From: Eledone cirrhosa
Taxonomy: Eukaryota
Assembly: GCA_964016885.1 (NCBI GenBank)
Contig: OZ024742.1
Span: 178,622,001-178,686,000 of the forward strand
Direction: 5' to 3'
DNA: 64,000 nucleotides
Under the pieces are notes generated by a model. That model worked only from the letters and a program-made list of their open reading frames with translations. It did not search any database and was not told the DNA's origin. Of the stretch, positions 60,284 to 64,000 are shown in pieces. Each line of letters starts with the position of its first letter. The first letter of the stretch is position 1. Made by a program: the position numbers and the translations under genes.

Positions 60284-61598
60284 CAGTGAGTGAGAGAGAG
60301 AGAGAGGGAGTGAGAGAGAGAGGGAAGAATGAAAAGAAACACGTGCCGACGATATTTCTGGAGGGCGGACGTGTCACTCGCCTAACTCCATCCAATTTTA
60401 CCATTCTCCACTCTCTCTCTCTTTCACTACTCGTGTCTCTTCACTCTCTCCACAGTCCTCTCTCTGTCTCTCTTTCTCTTTCACGCCCTCATTCTCTTCC
60501 CCTCTCTTTCTTTAACTACTCCTATCTTCACTCTCTCCATTCTCTCTCTCTCTCACAACTCGTCTCTCTTCACTCTCTCCACAGTCCTCTCTCTCTCACA
60601 CCCCATCTCTCTTCACTCTTTCCACAGTCTACTCTCTTTCTCTCCCCCTCTCTCTCTCTCTCTCTGTCTACAGTTTACTGACTCTCTCTTCCTCCCTCCC
60701 GCTCTGTCTCTCTCTCTCTCTTTCAATACTCGTGTCTGCACTCCCTTCATACTTTCACTCTCACACCTCGTCTCACTTCACTCTCCCCACACTATCTCTC
60801 TCTCGCCCCCCTCTCTCTCTCCCTCTCCCCCTCTTTCTCCCTACTATACTCTCTCTCCACTCCACTTTCTCTTTACCACTCTATCCTACCCCTCTCTCTC
60901 TCTCTACCTCTAACACTAACTCTACATCTACCTCTACCTCTTACATTGCCCAGTTTTATACTATTCACAAGCTGAAGCACATCGGGGCTTCGGCCACCAA
61001 ATAACCCAGCATCGGATGAGGAGAGAGAAAAGCGTCAGTTTCTTGCCTCGGGAGAGACTGAAGTGAAACCATAGCAGTTAAAACCTTAATTAATCACTTA
61101 GCTAGTAATTCTGCAATTGAATATCCCAAATCTGTGTTCTTCCCAGTTTAAGAGCCTGTTAACATGATTTGTAGCCTGTTTCGTGAACTCACTTGCCCCC
61201 AAACTGAATAAGTGCCCGAAACAATGAAATTTCACTTAATTTGTAATTTTCAATAATAAAAAAAAACAAAACAAAAAAAAATAAAATAACAAAAACCAAA
61301 CAAAAGAAAGAAAAATCTTCTTCTTCTATCATTCCTTCGATCGTCCATTCGTTCGTTCTATCTTTCATTCGACCAATTGTGTGTTCCTTTATTCACTTAT
61401 TCATTATCTCATTTGTTTTGTTCATTCGTTTTATTTGTTTATTTGTTTGACATCCTTCCTTCGATACGTTGTTAGCTCTTTCGGTTTTAAGGTGTTCACT
61501 ATCGTCATTTTTTTTATATTCCTTCTTTCGTTTGTGTGTGTTCGTTTACTCGATCGTTCATTCACACATTTCTTTATTTCTTTATTTCTTTCTAATTT

Positions 61599-61674
<76 letters not shown>

Positions 61675-61906
61675 TTTGTCTTTTGGATATTCCCTTTCTT
61701 CGCTTCTTCGTTCCAACGATTCGTTACCTAGCGACATGGAAGACTCTTCATTACAATCATCGGCACCGATGACATTACCAAATAAAGATAGAATGTATTA
61801 ATTCATATATATATATATATGTAGAGGTTATATATAATTTGTTGGGATACAACAAGCAAAATATTTTTATAACTGATATAAAGCACTCAACAAATTATTG
61901 GAGTAA

Positions 61907-62294
61907 ATATACAATATATTAACAAATGGAAACTATATTTATAAAACCATATTTATTTCATTATACATATTTCAAGGGCCACCAAGGCAAACTATGGTGC
62001 GCTTTCATCAGATAAAATATAATATAGGTTAGTTTTATAAATAAATAAATATTGACATACCCTGAAAAAATGCAACCATTCTGGTTGCAACAAAAAATGC
62101 AACTATCCAGGAGATTCCAACCAGAATGGTTGCATTGTTTCAGTGTATGTCAATATTTATTTATAAAACTAACCTATATTATATTTTATCTGATGAAAGC
62201 GCACCATAGTTTGCCTTGGTGGCCCTTGAAATATGTATAATGAAATAAATATGGTTTTATAAATATAGTTTCCATTTATTAATATATTGTATAT
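61907..62294. repeat. Inverted repeat (about 170-bp arms) abutting (TA)n
   Basis: atatacaatatattaacaaatggaaac...ccattctggttg paired with caaccagaatgg...tttccatttattaatatattgtatat. Confidence 0.95.
62182..62247 (+). ncRNA. Minimal type I hammerhead (inverted copy 61954-62019 on -), same family as 3948
   Basis: tattttat-CTGATGA-aagcgcacca tagtttgcct tggtggccctt-GAAA-tatgta-TA-atgaaata. Confidence 0.85.
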
Positions 62295-62381
62295 ATATAT
62301 ATATATATATATGTATGAATGAAGTAATTCCGTCGGAAAAGTCCAGGAAAAAAGAGTGCTCTATGTAGGTAACAGAGCTTA

Positions 62382-62768
<387 letters not shown>

Positions 62769-62979
62769 CGGGGAGTCGTGGTAGTGGTGGTAGTGGTGTC
62801 AGTGGCTGACCATGTTGGTGGTAGCCGTGGTGGTTTGGACGTTCCAGGGAGGATGATGTATAATTATATAGACAGATAGATAGATAGATAGTCTATCCAT
62901 CTGTTTGTCTATTTTCCTATAATCCTTCTATATCTCTATCTCTCTATCTGTCTATTTATCCATCTATATATATTTATAG

Positions 62980-63032
<53 letters not shown>

Positions 63033-63242
63033 CGAAGGACAGAAATCAGCGGCTCGATGTGAGTTAATTCGAAGAAATGATAGGAAGGAAGAAATAGAAT
63101 GAATGAGAAGAGATCACAAACATTTAAATACGCTCATCAGATTGCAGACCACCTGCAGTTTCAACGATTTAACTGAAATTACTGCGAAGTAACAACGAAG
63201 AAATAAATATCTTCGTTTGGTATAATGTTTGTGTTGGGACGG

Positions 63243-63328
<86 letters not shown>

Positions 63329-63689
63329 TAGATAGAGAGAGAGAGAGATAGATAGATAGAGAGAGAGAGGGGAATGGAGTGTGTCCAATCGATTTCAAGT
63401 CGTCGCCAGAAAGGAAGAACATTAGCACTGTAAGCGGAACTGGTGCGTGTGTGTGTGTGTGCGCGCGCTTGTATGTGTGTGTGTGCGTGTGTGTGTGTGT
63501 GTGTGTGTGCGTGTGTGCGTGTGTATTCATTTTATATAGAAATGATTTCTTCACGAGTAGAAAGAACTGTTTCATTCGTATCAAATCATAAGAATATAAC
63601 AGCCCTAATCCTGTAGAAGCCATTTCTATATCTAATAAAGATGCTTATACTCTACCAACCTATTGACTGCTCCTTTATTATATAAAAAG

Positions 63690-64000
63690 ACTGTCACACC
63701 GTCAGTTACGACGATCAGTGTTCCAATTGATCCGATCAACGGAACAACCTTCTCGTGAAATTAACGTGCAAATGGCTGTGTATTCCACAGTCAAGCGTAC
63801 CCTTAACGTAATTCTCAGGAAGACCCAGCGTGACACAGAATATGACAAGGTTGACTCTTCGAATTACAGGTACAACTAATGTTTGATTGAAGCAGCATGA
63901 AATAAAGTGTCTTGCTCAAGGACACAACGCGCCACCGAGAATCGAACTCACGACCTTACGATTGTGAGCCGAATACCCTAACCTCAAAGTTACGCACCTT
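63690..64000 (-). mobile_element. tRNA-headed CORE-type SINE
   Basis: Minus: ggttagggtattcggctcacaatcgtaaggtcgtgagttcgattctcgg, then tgtgtccttgagcaagacacttt (CORE-like). Confidence 0.75.

Noticed and set aside
61723-61800. RFX X-box-like gttacctagcgac followed by ATG (similar motif near 27440)
   Set aside because: Short motif with no supporting promoter or exon structure; expected by chance.

Overview
AT-rich, microsatellite-saturated animal genomic DNA with no host gene I can support. The SINE families and repeat landscape suggest an octopod cephalopod (inference). Recognisable content: two full-length Tx1/L1-clade LINEs on the minus strand (13.6-19.4 kb decayed; 39.7-45.7 kb with only two in-frame stops in ORF2), several RTE-clade LINE relics plus a 609-bp non-autonomous RTE derivative, about 15 tRNA-derived SINE copies, two hAT MITEs, and two Penelope-like (PLE) RT fragments. 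The main hidden signal lies in the short non-coding islands between (TA)n tracts. They hold about 15 minimal type I hammerhead ribozyme motifs from roughly 8 sequence families, mostly with palindromic stem III, including a U3-A8 compensatory core variant. They also hold about 16 long fold-back inverted repeats, usually abutting (TA)n. Together these look like a diverse (TA)n-associated population of non-autonomous PLE/retrozyme-like ribozyme elements. A second candidate novelty: both Tx1 elements have a splice donor overlapping the ORF1 stop, and splicing to the first downstream AG would fuse ORF1 to ORF2 in frame. A third: a palindromic element carrying two convergent tRNA-like Pol III units. 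All calls were made by eye; coordinates may be off by a few bases.
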